DNA from: an uncultured bacterium
Lineage (GTDB): Bacteria > Desulfobacterota_D > UBA1144 > Nemesobacterales > UBA2774
Assembly (NCBI GenBank): GCA_963705505.1
Contig: CAVPJU010000006.1
Coordinates: 544,001-608,000, forward strand
Length of the DNA: 64,000 nucleotides
Reading direction: 5' to 3'
Under the pieces are notes generated by a model. That model did no database searches and was not told the DNA's origin. It was given only the letters and a program-made list of their open reading frames with translations. The position numbers and the translations under genes were made by a program. Every line of letters starts with the position of its first letter. The first letter of the stretch is position 1. Below, one piece after another: positions 38,957 to 49,163 of the stretch.

Positions 38957-40123
38957 ATGGATGTGAAGTGGGCGAAGAGAATTGCGGATCTTCCGCCGTA
39001 CCTGTTTGCAGAAATCGACGCAAAAAAGACTGAAATGAGGGCAAAGGGGATGGACATCATAGATTTAGGCGTAGGCGACCCTGACATACCGACACCGAAG
39101 CATATAGTGGAGGCATTGAAAAGAGCGGCCGAGGACCCGCAAAATCACAGATACCCCTCATATGAAGGCATGCTCTCATTCAGGACCGCAGTCGCTGATT
39201 GGTATAAGGAGCGTTTCGGAGTCGAGCTCGACCCGAAGACAGAGGTGGTTGCGCTCATCGGCTCGAAAGAAGGGATAGCCCATACTCCGCTTGCCTTTCT
39301 CGACCCCGGGGACATCGGACTATATACGGACCCGGGTTATCCCGTTTACCCCACGTCCATAAGCTTCGCCGGAGGCGTGCCCTACGCAGTCCCCCTCCTG
39401 AAGGAGAACGGATTTCTCCCCGACCTCGGAGCTATACCCGAGGATATCAGGAAAAAAGCGAAGATAATGTTCGTAAACTATCCGAACAATCCCACTACTG
39501 CCGTCGCGGGCGATGATTTTTACAAGGAACTTGTGGATTTCGCCATCAAGTACAATATTCTTATATGTCACGACGCTGCTTATACGGAAATAGCGTATGA
39601 CGGATATACTCCGGTCAGCTTCCTCCAGTTCGACGGTGCCAAGGAAATCGGTATCGAATTCCATTCCCTGTCCAAGACCTTCAACATGACCGGATGGAGG
39701 ATCGGGTTTGCGGTAGGAAATAAGAAGGCGATAGGAGGGCTGGGGAAAATAAAGACTAATATAGATTCGGGCGCCTTCCAGGCTGTCCAGGTTGCCGGCA
39801 TAGAGGCATTGAAAAACTACAAAGTCGGCCTTGAGGACAGGAAAAAAATATTCCAGGATAGGAGGGATATTTTTTGTAAGGGACTCGACGAGGCCGGTTT
39901 AAAGTACCATAAACCCAAGGCCACGTTCTATGTCTGGTTCGAAGTCCCACGGGGGCTTTCGTCAAAAGAATTTTCGACAAAGCTTTTAACCGAAGCCGGG
40001 ATCGTCGTGACCCCCGGCACGGGTTTCGGAAGGTATGGCGAGGGGTATGCGCGTGTATCGACTACGTTCAATACCGAAAGAATAATTCAGGCTGTAGAAA
40101 GGCTCAAAGAGGCAAAGTTCTGA
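38957..40123 (+). CDS. dapL: LL-diaminopimelate aminotransferase
   Basis: LPPYLFAEID, LGVGDPD, IGSKEG, NYPNNPT, SLSKTFNMTGWRIG. Confidence 0.85.
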   Translation: MDVKWAKRIADLPPYLFAEIDAKKTEMRAKGMDIIDLGVGDPDIPTPKHIVEALKRAAEDPQNHRYPSYEGMLSFRTAVADWYKERFGVELDPKTEVVALIGSKEGIAHTPLAFLDPGDIGLYTDPGYPVYPTSISFAGGVPYAVPLLKENGFLPDLGAIPEDIRKKAKIMFVNYPNNPTTAVAGDDFYKELVDFAIKYNILICHDAAYTEIAYDGYTPVSFLQFDGAKEIGIEFHSLSKTFNMTGWRIGFAVGNKKAIGGLGKIKTNIDSGAFQAVQVAGIEALKNYKVGLEDRKKIFQDRRDIFCKGLDEAGLKYHKPKATFYVWFEVPRGLSSKEFSTKLLTEAGIVVTPGTGFGRYGEGYARVSTTFNTERIIQAVERLKEAKF

Positions 40124-40159
40124 TCTTCTCCGGAAGGAAAAGGCAGCAGGAAATGAGAA

Positions 40160-41701
40160 GTGGAATACCTTATTTTAGCTTCTAAGATTATTGTAACAGT
40201 CCTTTATGCCGTAACGCTGACGCTTCTTTGCATATTCGGTCTGCACCGGTATTACCTTTCCTATTTATACGGTAAGAATAAAGAAAAAGTACCGGTCCCC
40301 AAATTCAGGTTCGAAACCCTTCCCCACGTAACGATACAACTCCCCATATATAACGAAATGTACGTCGTGGAGAGGCTCATCTCCTCAGTATGCAGGATAG
40401 ACTATCCGAGAGAGCTGCTCGAGATCCAGGTCCTCGATGATTCCACGGACAGGACCGTGGAAATTGCGAGCAGGTGCGTCAATCAATTTAAACAATCCGG
40501 CTACGATATAACATATATACACAGGGAAAACAGGGAGGGTTATAAGGCAGGAGCCCTGAGGGAGGGGCTTAAATCGGCAAAGGGCGAGCTTCTGGCAATA
40601 TTCGACGCTGACTTTATACCCCCCCGGGACTTTCTCAGGAATACCGTGGATTTCTTCTCCGATCCCGAGGTCGGCATGGTGCAGGTCAGGTGGGGGCATG
40701 TAAATCTCGATTACTCCTCCCTTACCAAAGCTCAGGCGATACTCCTTGACGGGCATTTTATGATAGAGCAGACGTCCAGGTTTAACGGCGGGATGTTTTT
40801 TAACTTCAACGGGACTGCCGGAGTATTGAGGAAGGAATGCATAGAAAGCTCGGGCGGATGGCAGCATGATACCCTTACCGAGGATCTCGACCTCAGTTAC
40901 AGGGCACAGCTTGCGGGATGGAAGCTGGTTTACCTGAGGGAAACGACTGCCGATGCGGAGCTGCCGGTGGATATGAACGCGTTTAAATCACAGCAGCACC
41001 GGTGGGCAAAGGGAGGGGTTCAAACTGCATTAAAAATACTTCCCGAGGTGTTCAGGAGGAAAAATCTTCCTTTTAAAATTAAGTCCGAGGCATTTTTCCA
41101 TCTCTTCGGCAATATATCTTATCTGCTCTTGTTGTTTCTCTTCCTGCTTATGTTCCCGATGGGATTTTTCTGGAGCAAGATAGGGTGGGACAGCGGCATA
41201 GTCATAAACATAATCGCTATAACTGCCGGAACTCTCAGCTTCGTGCTTTTTTATGTAATCACGGTGAGGGAGGTGCACGGCAAGAACTGGCTCACCTATC
41301 TGAAGTATGTACCGCTTGCCATATCTATAGGAGCCGGAATGGCGGTCAACAACTCGAAAGCGGTGCTCGAAGCCTTACTCGGCAAGACTTCGGAGTTCAG
41401 GCGTACCCCGAAATTTGCAGTTACTTCCAGGAATGACAACTGGCGTTCGAGGAGCTACGTCGCATCGAAAGAAATGACCGCTGTCATAGAGCTCGTTCTC
41501 GGCGTATTGTTTTTTCTCCAGACCGTTTTTGCTATATATATGGGACATCTGGGGTGGGTCCCGTTCCTTCTGCTCATACAGTTCGGATTTTTATATACGG
41601 GACTTCTTTCAATCTTTCACGGCTCCGGTAAAAAGGGCCCGGACTCATCAATTACCCCGATAATTCCCGAGCCCGCGCTTCAGAGAGATAAGGAGTATTG
41701 A
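40160..41701 (+). CDS. Processive family 2 glycosyltransferase (cellulose-synthase-like)
   Basis: QLPIYNE, DDSTD, KAGAL, DADF, TEDLD, QQHRW (QxxRW) plus TM helices. Confidence 0.88.
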   Translation: MEYLILASKIIVTVLYAVTLTLLCIFGLHRYYLSYLYGKNKEKVPVPKFRFETLPHVTIQLPIYNEMYVVERLISSVCRIDYPRELLEIQVLDDSTDRTVEIASRCVNQFKQSGYDITYIHRENREGYKAGALREGLKSAKGELLAIFDADFIPPRDFLRNTVDFFSDPEVGMVQVRWGHVNLDYSSLTKAQAILLDGHFMIEQTSRFNGGMFFNFNGTAGVLRKECIESSGGWQHDTLTEDLDLSYRAQLAGWKLVYLRETTADAELPVDMNAFKSQQHRWAKGGVQTALKILPEVFRRKNLPFKIKSEAFFHLFGNISYLLLLFLFLLMFPMGFFWSKIGWDSGIVINIIAITAGTLSFVLFYVITVREVHGKNWLTYLKYVPLAISIGAGMAVNNSKAVLEALLGKTSEFRRTPKFAVTSRNDNWRSRSYVASKEMTAVIELVLGVLFFLQTVFAIYMGHLGWVPFLLLIQFGFLYTGLLSIFHGSGKKGPDSSITPIIPEPALQRDKEY

Positions 41702-41789
41702 TTGTACCGCCTCCTCCGGCGGCTGTAAGAATAGTGCCGGTTGGATTTGAGCGGAGCTATGCGAATCAATGGAGACTTTCCCGGATTAT

Positions 41790-41850
41790 AAAAAGGGGGG
41801 GGTGAGCCCGATGAAGTCTCACCCCCCAGGAGCACGGAGTTTTAGGGTAT
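41790..41850 (-). ncRNA. Candidate small RNA (~60 nt) ending in an intrinsic terminator
   Basis: Minus strand ATACCCTAAAACTCCGTGCTCCT-GGGGGGTGAG-N11-CTCACCCCCC-CC-TTTTT; no minus-strand gene upstream to account for the terminator; own -10 and Pho-like array. Confidence 0.6.
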
Positions 41851-41857
41851 GGAAATG

Positions 41858-41912
41858 ATTATTACTAAAAAAGATTAATTTTCTATTAAGGTTCGGTTGA
41901 GCATTGGTTAAC
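41858..41912 (-). promoter_or_regulatory. Pho-box-like array and -10 driving the candidate sRNA
   Basis: GTTAACC-N4-CTCAACC-N4-CTTAATA-N4-ATTAATC-N9-AATAAT, same spacing as the pstS promoter. Confidence 0.6.
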
Positions 41913-42058
41913 GATCACGGTTGCTCGGCGTATTAACTACATCTTGCGCGTGAATCGAAATCGGATTAGAGGGGTTTTTAATTCCGCGGTGTTGACTTTT
42001 AAGAAAAAATAAATCCATACTAGATTTTCATATCGATGGAAACGGTACCGTATAACCA

Positions 42059-42817
42059 ATGAGAATCTGTACACTTGCGAGCGGCAGTTCCGGGAATTCT
42101 CTATATATAGAATCCGAGGACACGAGGATCCTCGTCGACGCGGGAATAAGTCTCCGGCAGATCGGTCTCAAGCTGAGGAGGCTCGATGTGGATGTATCCG
42201 ATATCGACGCCGTTGTAGTTACCCACGAGCATTCCGACCACACTGCGGCCATACCGAATATAGGCGTCCCGGTGCATGTCGCCAGAGCCACGTCCCATCT
42301 CTGGCATAATAAAGTGAGCTCTCTCAGGGAATTCGATAGCGATGCTTCTTTTATGATAAAGGATATGTTGATAACACCCTTCTCCGTGCCTCACGACGCC
42401 CTTGACCCCGTCGGCTTCTCGATCGAATCCGGCAAAGATGAGAAGATAGGGGTGGTCACGGACATAGGCACCGTCACTGCATTAGTCAGAGAGAGGCTCA
42501 GGGGGTCGAACGCTCTCGTATTGGAATTCAACCACGATAACGACATACTCCTTTACAGCCACTATCCGTGGGATCTAAAGCAGAGGATCAGGGGACGCCT
42601 GGGCCACCTTTCGAATAACCAGGCTTCGGAGCTCCTCTCGGAATTGGTTCATTGCGGGTTAAAACACCTTGTGCTCGCCCATTTGAGCCAGGTGAATAAC
42701 AAACCCGAAGTAGCTTATGAATCTGCGTCGAGCGTGTTAAAGAAATCGGTTGATGGGACGGAGGTGCAAATCTCAGTCGCTCCCAGAAAAACCATGGGGG
42801 AGGTGCTTACGATTTGA
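42059..42817 (+). CDS. MBL-fold metallo-hydrolase, YycJ/WalJ-like
   Basis: LASGSSGN, THEHSDH, PHDA, GHLSN, LAHLS. Confidence 0.9.
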   Translation: MRICTLASGSSGNSLYIESEDTRILVDAGISLRQIGLKLRRLDVDVSDIDAVVVTHEHSDHTAAIPNIGVPVHVARATSHLWHNKVSSLREFDSDASFMIKDMLITPFSVPHDALDPVGFSIESGKDEKIGVVTDIGTVTALVRERLRGSNALVLEFNHDNDILLYSHYPWDLKQRIRGRLGHLSNNQASELLSELVHCGLKHLVLAHLSQVNNKPEVAYESASSVLKKSVDGTEVQISVAPRKTMGEVLTI

Positions 42818-44106
42818 TTCCCAGATATTCAAGGCCTGAAATGTCCGCGGTCTGGACGGATGAGGCAAAGTACAGAAACTGGCTTCGAGTTGAAATTGCC
42901 GTTTGCGAGGCATGGGCTAAGTACAAGCGGATACCCAAAAAAGCGGTGGATGCCATTAAGAAGAAAGCCGGGTTCGATGTCGCCAGGATCAACGAGCTCG
43001 AAAAAGAGCTTAAGCACGATGTAATCTCCTTTCTGACCTCGGTCTCGGAGCACGTAGGTAAGGAATCAAGGTATATCCATCTCGGCCTCACATCATCCGA
43101 CGTTCTCGATACCGCGTTCGCGCTTCAGCTGAGGGAAGCGGCCGAAATAATAATTCAAGATATCAAGGTCGTAATTAAGATTCTAAAAAAACAAGCGTTT
43201 AAATATAAGAAGACGCCCATGATCGGCAGGACCCACGGCATTCACGCAGAGCCTAAAACACTGGGACTCGTATTCGCGCTCTGGTATGACGAAATGAAAA
43301 GGAACCTGGAGCGGATTATACGGGCAAGGGATGTTGTCAGCGTCGGCAAGATTTCAGGGGCTGTCGGGACGTTCGCGAACGTTACTCCCGAGATAGAGGA
43401 AGACGCTTGCAGACGCTTGGGTCTCAGGCCTGCTCCGATATCCACCCAGATCGTCCAGCGCGACATACATGCCGAATACTTCCTCACTCTGTCGATAATA
43501 GCATCGACTATCGAAAAAATAGCCTTGGAAATAAGGCACTTTCAGAGGACGGAAGTGCTCGAGCTCGAAGAGCCGTTTACGGAGGGCCAGAAGGGCTCAT
43601 CTGCAATGCCTCACAAGAGGAACCCTGTGCTTTCTGAAAACCTGTGCGGGCTTGCCCGTGTCGTTCGCTCTTATTCCATTACCTCGCTTGAGAATATACC
43701 CCTCTGGCACGAACGCGATATCAGTCATTCGTCCGTCGAGAGGGTGATTGGTCCCGACAGTACGATCCTCCTCGATTTCATGCTCGACAGGCTCGCCTAT
43801 CTTCTTGAGGGTCTTCAGGTCTATCCCGAGAATATGGAAAAAAACATATGGCTCACACGAGGACTCATATTCTCGCAAAAGGTTTTGCTGAAACTGGTCG
43901 AAAAAGGCGTGTCCAGAGAGGACGCCTATAAGCTAGTCCAACGGAATGCCATGAAAACGTGGAAGGAGAATGCCGATTTCCTCGACCTCCTTATTAAAGA
44001 CGCGGATGTCGCGGGTTTATTAACTAAGGAAGAAATAAAAGAATGTTTTGATGTGACCGCCGATCTCAAGAATATCGACCGCATATTCGACAGGGTGTTT
44101 TCATGA
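42814..44106 (+). CDS. purB: Adenylosuccinate lyase
   Basis: MIPRYSRPEM, GRTHGIHAEP, GSSAMPHKRNP, ERDISHSSVER. Confidence 0.97.
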   Translation: MIPRYSRPEMSAVWTDEAKYRNWLRVEIAVCEAWAKYKRIPKKAVDAIKKKAGFDVARINELEKELKHDVISFLTSVSEHVGKESRYIHLGLTSSDVLDTAFALQLREAAEIIIQDIKVVIKILKKQAFKYKKTPMIGRTHGIHAEPKTLGLVFALWYDEMKRNLERIIRARDVVSVGKISGAVGTFANVTPEIEEDACRRLGLRPAPISTQIVQRDIHAEYFLTLSIIASTIEKIALEIRHFQRTEVLELEEPFTEGQKGSSAMPHKRNPVLSENLCGLARVVRSYSITSLENIPLWHERDISHSSVERVIGPDSTILLDFMLDRLAYLLEGLQVYPENMEKNIWLTRGLIFSQKVLLKLVEKGVSREDAYKLVQRNAMKTWKENADFLDLLIKDADVAGLLTKEEIKECFDVTADLKNIDRIFDRVFS

Positions 44107-44220
44107 ATTAAAATTGAATAATTCTGGCTACTAGCGCTTAAATTAGGCCAGAGGAGTTTATGTTGCTTTCTCAACATTCAGTGGTATAGTTTTAGCTAAC
44201 AAAAACCCAAGGAGGCATGT

Positions 44221-45348
44221 ATGAGATTTAAATTTTTGTCTTTGGCAATACTTACAATAACATTTCTAATTGTAGGCAGCCAGGCGTTCAGCCAGCAAAT
44301 ATCAAAAGAAGACTCTTCACGTCTTCAGACGTTTTTTAAAAACAGGTTCGGTGCGAATTTAACGCCCGATACCGTTATCGAGGTTCAAGGTTTTGAAGAA
44401 AGTTCGATAAAGGGTCTCAAAAAAGGTAAATTCGTTATCACTACCCCTCAGGGGGCGCAGGACGTTGCCTTCGTCATCAGCCAGGACGGGAAATATATAT
44501 TAATGGGCAACATGGTGGAGACATCGACCTTTAAAGAGACGCCGATAAAGAACATAAAGCAGGGTGCGATCCCCATTCCAAGGGGCGAGTTCCCAATTCT
44601 GATGACAGCTGACGGAAAGTTTCTGATCATCAATAGCGAGATTGTGGACACATCGAAGTTCAAGGCGTCCAAGATAACCGGTTTCAGAGAGGGATCGTTT
44701 AATATGGGAGGCCGTCAGACCGTTCCTGTGTTCGTTAGCGATAACGGGAAGTATCTCGTTCTCGGAAGCGAGGTATTCGATACGACCGTCGATCCGCATA
44801 AAGAGATAATGGAAAAGATAACGCTCGAGAACGTTCCGACAAAAGGCGCTGCGGACGCGAAGGTTACAATAGTCGAGTATTCTGATTTTCAGTGTCCTTT
44901 CTGCAAGAGGGGAAAAGATATGCTCCCCGCGATCTTAAAGGAATATAACGGGAAGGTTAAAATCTCCTACAAGCAGCTTCCTTTGAAGAACCATAACTGG
45001 GCAATGCCTGCCGCGATAGCCGCTACATGCGTCTATCAGGAGGGTGGTAATGATAAGTTCTGGGCTTACCATGACAAGCTATTCGATAATCAGAAGGACA
45101 TTACACTCGAGAACTCGAATGAAAAATTCAATCAGTATGCAAAGGAGCTAGGGCTCGATACCAAGAAGTTCGATGCATGCCTGCAATCCAAGGAAGTAAA
45201 GGCAAAGGTTGAGAGTCAGATTAAAGAAGCTACGGAAGTCGGGGTTCAGTCCACACCCACATTCGTCGTTAACGGTATGATAGTACCTGGCGCGAATCCG
45301 GAAGGTCTTAAATCCGCTATTGAGATTAAGCTCACGCAAGGTTCCTGA
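44221..45348 (+). CDS. Periplasmic DsbA/DsbC-family thiol-disulfide oxidoreductase
   Basis: Signal peptide, EYSDFQCPFC, GVQSTPTFVVNG; three N-terminal ~43-aa repeats. Confidence 0.9.
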   Translation: MRFKFLSLAILTITFLIVGSQAFSQQISKEDSSRLQTFFKNRFGANLTPDTVIEVQGFEESSIKGLKKGKFVITTPQGAQDVAFVISQDGKYILMGNMVETSTFKETPIKNIKQGAIPIPRGEFPILMTADGKFLIINSEIVDTSKFKASKITGFREGSFNMGGRQTVPVFVSDNGKYLVLGSEVFDTTVDPHKEIMEKITLENVPTKGAADAKVTIVEYSDFQCPFCKRGKDMLPAILKEYNGKVKISYKQLPLKNHNWAMPAAIAATCVYQEGGNDKFWAYHDKLFDNQKDITLENSNEKFNQYAKELGLDTKKFDACLQSKEVKAKVESQIKEATEVGVQSTPTFVVNGMIVPGANPEGLKSAIEIKLTQGS

Positions 45349-45369
45349 CACCATAGTAAATAAATTCAT

Positions 45370-45445
45370 CTGCGCCCTATCCCGACTCCATATACCCATC
45401 AGAATGATTGATCTGATTAGTCGGGTTAGGGCGCAGTTTTTTTTT
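45370..45445 (+). terminator. Long-stem intrinsic terminator after the Dsb gene
   Basis: CTGCGCCCTATCCCGACT...AGTCGGGTTAGGGCGCAG followed by T9, with an inner ATCAGA/TCTGAT stem. Confidence 0.8.
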
Positions 45446-45492
45446 CGTGCATAATATATTGATTACCATATTCGATATTACACCGAACACCC

Positions 45493-46428
45493 ATGAAATG
45501 TCCGTCGTGCGGATATAACAGTTTTGACTATCTGGAATACTGCAAGAAATGCGGTTCTCCTCTGAGTGCCGACCCGATATATAGAGCTTCTGATCAGGAA
45601 GATGCTAAAAGTGCTGAAATGAGCTCCGGGACGCACCGGGAAAACAATTCCGGCGACTCTTTAGACAGCTTGTTCAGTGAGCGCCCCCTCCCGGCGGACG
45701 ATACATCGTCACTCACTAAATCTCCGAAGTCATGGCCATCGAAGCGTAAACGGGGGGCTACGGCCGAAAATGATATCGAGAATGAATCCTATGAACTGTT
45801 TCCTGTCTCTAAAGAGTTTGGAAGAGGGAGGCCGGCAGAAAATAGACGCGGTAATTTTCCTCGCGCCCCAAAGAAAAAGGAGCCGCGTTTTGAAGAGGAG
45901 ATATCGGCACTGCGGTCTGACCCGTTCGTATCTGTCGAACACGAGGATGCTTCCGATGAGCCGGATTTACGGAAAGGAGCGGGATATGGCGAGCGGGAGA
46001 CCGAGGTATATAATCTCGCGGGCATCATTTCACGCGCTATCGCATTGATCATAGATATTGTGCTCGTCTCACTGGTCGCGTTTCTCGCGGCCGCAACGGG
46101 TATATATTTGGTAAATGGATTTAACCCGGGGGCATCGGAATCCCAAGATATATTTTTTCCCTTGTATATCATCCTTTTCTTCCTTGCGTCCACGTACTTT
46201 GTTTTTCTCCACGGGTACGGAGGGAAGACAGTTGGAAAGATGATGATGGGTATAAAATTGATCAATAACGAGGGTGAGAGGGTAGGGTTCTGGGAAGCCT
46301 TTGTCAGGTGGCTCGGCTATTATGTCTCCGCAGCGTTTTTGTTCGCGGGATTTTTGTGGTCTTTAATAGATTCCGAATATCAGACCTGGCACGATAAGCT
46401 CGCCGGAACATACGTCGTGAAAGATTGA
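45493..46428 (+). CDS. RDD family membrane protein with N-terminal zinc ribbon
   Basis: CPSCG...CKKCG, low-complexity linker, RAIALIID, GKTVGK, QTWHDKLAGTYVV. Confidence 0.88.
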   Translation: MKCPSCGYNSFDYLEYCKKCGSPLSADPIYRASDQEDAKSAEMSSGTHRENNSGDSLDSLFSERPLPADDTSSLTKSPKSWPSKRKRGATAENDIENESYELFPVSKEFGRGRPAENRRGNFPRAPKKKEPRFEEEISALRSDPFVSVEHEDASDEPDLRKGAGYGERETEVYNLAGIISRAIALIIDIVLVSLVAFLAAATGIYLVNGFNPGASESQDIFFPLYIILFFLASTYFVFLHGYGGKTVGKMMMGIKLINNEGERVGFWEAFVRWLGYYVSAAFLFAGFLWSLIDSEYQTWHDKLAGTYVVKD

Positions 46429-46432
46429 GACA

Positions 46433-47698
46433 GTGATGCAGCATCTTAATGAACTAAATGTCAGGATATCGGGGAGCAAGGAGAAATTAGAAGCCTGGTT
46501 CAGGGGGAAGGCTGAAAAGGAGTTCATTCCCCTCTACTCCTCGGTTGATCTCAGGGTATCCGATCATAAGATCGCTCCCGTCGATACGAACATATTCCCC
46601 GCCGGGTTTAATAACCTCTCACAGCCTTTCAGGGACCGCGCATCCGTGCTTTTTAGGGACTATTTCCTCCGTAAGTACCCGAAAGTAAAAAATATTCTTA
46701 TCATTCCCGAGCTCCATACGAGAAACCCGTACTACTGGGAAAACATTTATGTCCTTAAGTCGATACTCGAGAATGTCGATTACGAGGTGGAAGTCGGGAT
46801 TGTGAGCGACGATTTTAACCAGGACGAAGCGTCTTTCCGTTCTCAGAGCGGAGAGGAAGTCGTGGCGCAAAAAGTAATGAAGGAAGGTAATAGGATATTT
46901 ACCTCGAGAGTTTCGCCCGATCTCCTGCTGATTAACAATGATTTTTCCGAGAAGTGTCCGAAGACACTGAAGGACATACTGCAGCCGGTCGAGCCGCCGG
47001 TTGAGATCGGCTGGCACACGAGGAGAAAGAGCGTCCATTTCGAGTATTACAACAGGCTTGCCGGGGAGGCGGCGGAAATCCTGGGCATCGACCCGTGGAT
47101 AATCTCGATCGATACCGTCTCGCTTCAGGGTGTGGACTTCGATAGTCCCGAAGACAGGGATAGAACCGCGTCGATCGCGGACACGATGCTGCAGAGGCTC
47201 CGGAAGGTCTATAGAGAAAAGGGGGTTTCCGAAGAGCCGTATCTGTTCTTAAAGAGTAATTCCGGAACCTACGGTATGGCAGTTATAAGCGTTTCGAACG
47301 GGGATGAAATACGCACCCTCAATGCCGAAGGGAGAAAGCGGATGAGGGTGAGTAAGGGGGGTAAGCCCGTGAGGGATATAGTCATACAGGAAGGGATACC
47401 GACGGCCATAAAACTGGGTTCGGATGCGGCTGCGGAGCCCGTATTCTATCTCGTCGAATCCAAGGTGGCGGGGGGATTCTTGAGGGTTAACCGCGGGAAA
47501 GACGACCATGAGAACCTGAACACGAAAGGAATGGAATTTACTCCGTTGTATGGTGAGGGAGAAAAGATCGAAGCCGAAGACGAGAGTATGATTTTTTCCC
47601 CGGTTCATGAATTGGTCTCGTGTATCGCGAGCATCGCTGCGGGGTACGAGATTGAGGAGATATTGAGGGAGGGTGGGTGCAAGGAAGAGGTTCTCTGA
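46433..47698 (+). CDS. gshA: Glutamate--cysteine ligase (GshA family)
   Basis: PLYSSVDLR..HKIAPVDTNIFPAGFNNL, IPELHTRN, GTYGMAV, IQEG, AEPV, NLN. Confidence 0.88.
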   Translation: MMQHLNELNVRISGSKEKLEAWFRGKAEKEFIPLYSSVDLRVSDHKIAPVDTNIFPAGFNNLSQPFRDRASVLFRDYFLRKYPKVKNILIIPELHTRNPYYWENIYVLKSILENVDYEVEVGIVSDDFNQDEASFRSQSGEEVVAQKVMKEGNRIFTSRVSPDLLLINNDFSEKCPKTLKDILQPVEPPVEIGWHTRRKSVHFEYYNRLAGEAAEILGIDPWIISIDTVSLQGVDFDSPEDRDRTASIADTMLQRLRKVYREKGVSEEPYLFLKSNSGTYGMAVISVSNGDEIRTLNAEGRKRMRVSKGGKPVRDIVIQEGIPTAIKLGSDAAAEPVFYLVESKVAGGFLRVNRGKDDHENLNTKGMEFTPLYGEGEKIEAEDESMIFSPVHELVSCIASIAAGYEIEEILREGGCKEEVL

Positions 47699-47807
47699 TT
47701 TAAATTCTTGTCTCTTTATAGCCGGACGACCGGCCCGGTCTTTTCGTTTATATTTTAATACCCTTCCCATTCGCAATACTTATTATATTCGGGATTAACC
47801 GAGAGAT

Positions 47808-49163
47808 TTATTTTCTTGCGAGGCTGAGCGCCCTTCTCAGAAGCACCGTATAAACAGGCTTTCCCCCCAGTCCCTCCGCAACGAGCGTGGCCGTGAGGCA
47901 GGTAACAATGAGCGGGAGTATCATGGAGTAATTGCCCGTCATTTCTATAGTGAGGGCGATGCCGGTGAGAGGCGCTCTTACTGTTGCGCAGAAGAGGGCC
48001 GCCATGCCCGCGACAGCGAAAAGCTCCGGACGCACGACGAGGTCGGGCCGCAGGCCGTGAGCGATGTTGCCATACCACATTCCGAACAATGTCCCCAGAG
48101 CCAGCATGGGTGCGAATATTCCGCCCGGCGCTCCCGAGCCGTAGCTTATCATCGTCGTTCCGAAACGTGCGAAGAAGAGCAGCAGAAGCATAGTCACAGG
48201 AATCGTGCCCGAGAGGGCTTTTGGTATGACTTTATAGCCTCCTCCCACTATATCGGGGTAAAGCCACGCGAGAAGCCCGATGAAGGCGCCCACGTAAAGC
48301 CCCGTAAGCGTGAACGCGGGCCCCTTCATGTTCGAGAAGAAGTCGAGTGTTCTCACGAGGAGGAAGTTGAATACGACGCCGAATATGCCGAATAAAAAAC
48401 CGAATATGAGAAAGATCCAGAGAGAGGTGAGCGGGGGGGTCGCGAGGACGGTCATCTCGATATCTGGGCTTTGTCCCATTATGGAGCGCAGCGCTATATC
48501 CGAAGCCGCCGAAGCTATAATCACCGACTGTACAGATAGAAAGTTGTATTTGAATTCGGGGCGCATCTCCTCGAATACGAAAAGGATGCCCGCGAGGGGA
48601 GCGTTAAATGCCGCGGTCAATCCTCCTCCGGCGCCCGCCGCTATGAGCGCATGAGCCTCCTCTTTTCCGGCTTTGAATATATCCGCAACCATCTTGCCGA
48701 TGTTTCCGCCCATATGGATAGTCGGCCCCTCCCTCCCTAAAACCATGCCGCCGCCTAACGAGAGCATGCCGCCCAAGAATTTCACGGGCAGCACATTTTT
48801 CCACCTGATCGGCCTTACGTCATCGAGGGCTCCTTCAATCTCGTGCACTCCGCTTCCTCCGGTCTCAGGGGCCAGCCTGCGGACGAGCAGAAATGCGAGA
48901 TATACAAGAACCGCCGAGAATATCACGGAGGCGATCAGTAAAAGCGCCGGGACCTGAGGAAGCATTCCGATGAGTATTTCCCTCGAATCCTGAACTTTTG
49001 CTATGCAGATTTGAAATAACGCCGCTACTGTCCCCGTGAGGGCGCCTACGATTAGAGACCAGAATAAAATCGGGCTGTATCTTTTCTCGGCAGCGAGGAA
49101 CCTCGATGCGATCCTGCTTATGTCTGATTGTCCTGCCGGTTTCCGCTCCGAGTGAAGCTTCAT
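47808..49163 (-). CDS. clcA: H+/Cl- exchange transporter
   Basis: GGSGVHE, LGREGPT, AFNAPLAG, GGIFAPM, RAPLTG, PVY. Confidence 0.92.
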   Translation of the reverse strand: MKLHSERKPAGQSDISRIASRFLAAEKRYSPILFWSLIVGALTGTVAALFQICIAKVQDSREILIGMLPQVPALLLIASVIFSAVLVYLAFLLVRRLAPETGGSGVHEIEGALDDVRPIRWKNVLPVKFLGGMLSLGGGMVLGREGPTIHMGGNIGKMVADIFKAGKEEAHALIAAGAGGGLTAAFNAPLAGILFVFEEMRPEFKYNFLSVQSVIIASAASDIALRSIMGQSPDIEMTVLATPPLTSLWIFLIFGFLFGIFGVVFNFLLVRTLDFFSNMKGPAFTLTGLYVGAFIGLLAWLYPDIVGGGYKVIPKALSGTIPVTMLLLLFFARFGTTMISYGSGAPGGIFAPMLALGTLFGMWYGNIAHGLRPDLVVRPELFAVAGMAALFCATVRAPLTGIALTIEMTGNYSMILPLIVTCLTATLVAEGLGGKPVYTVLLRRALSLARK

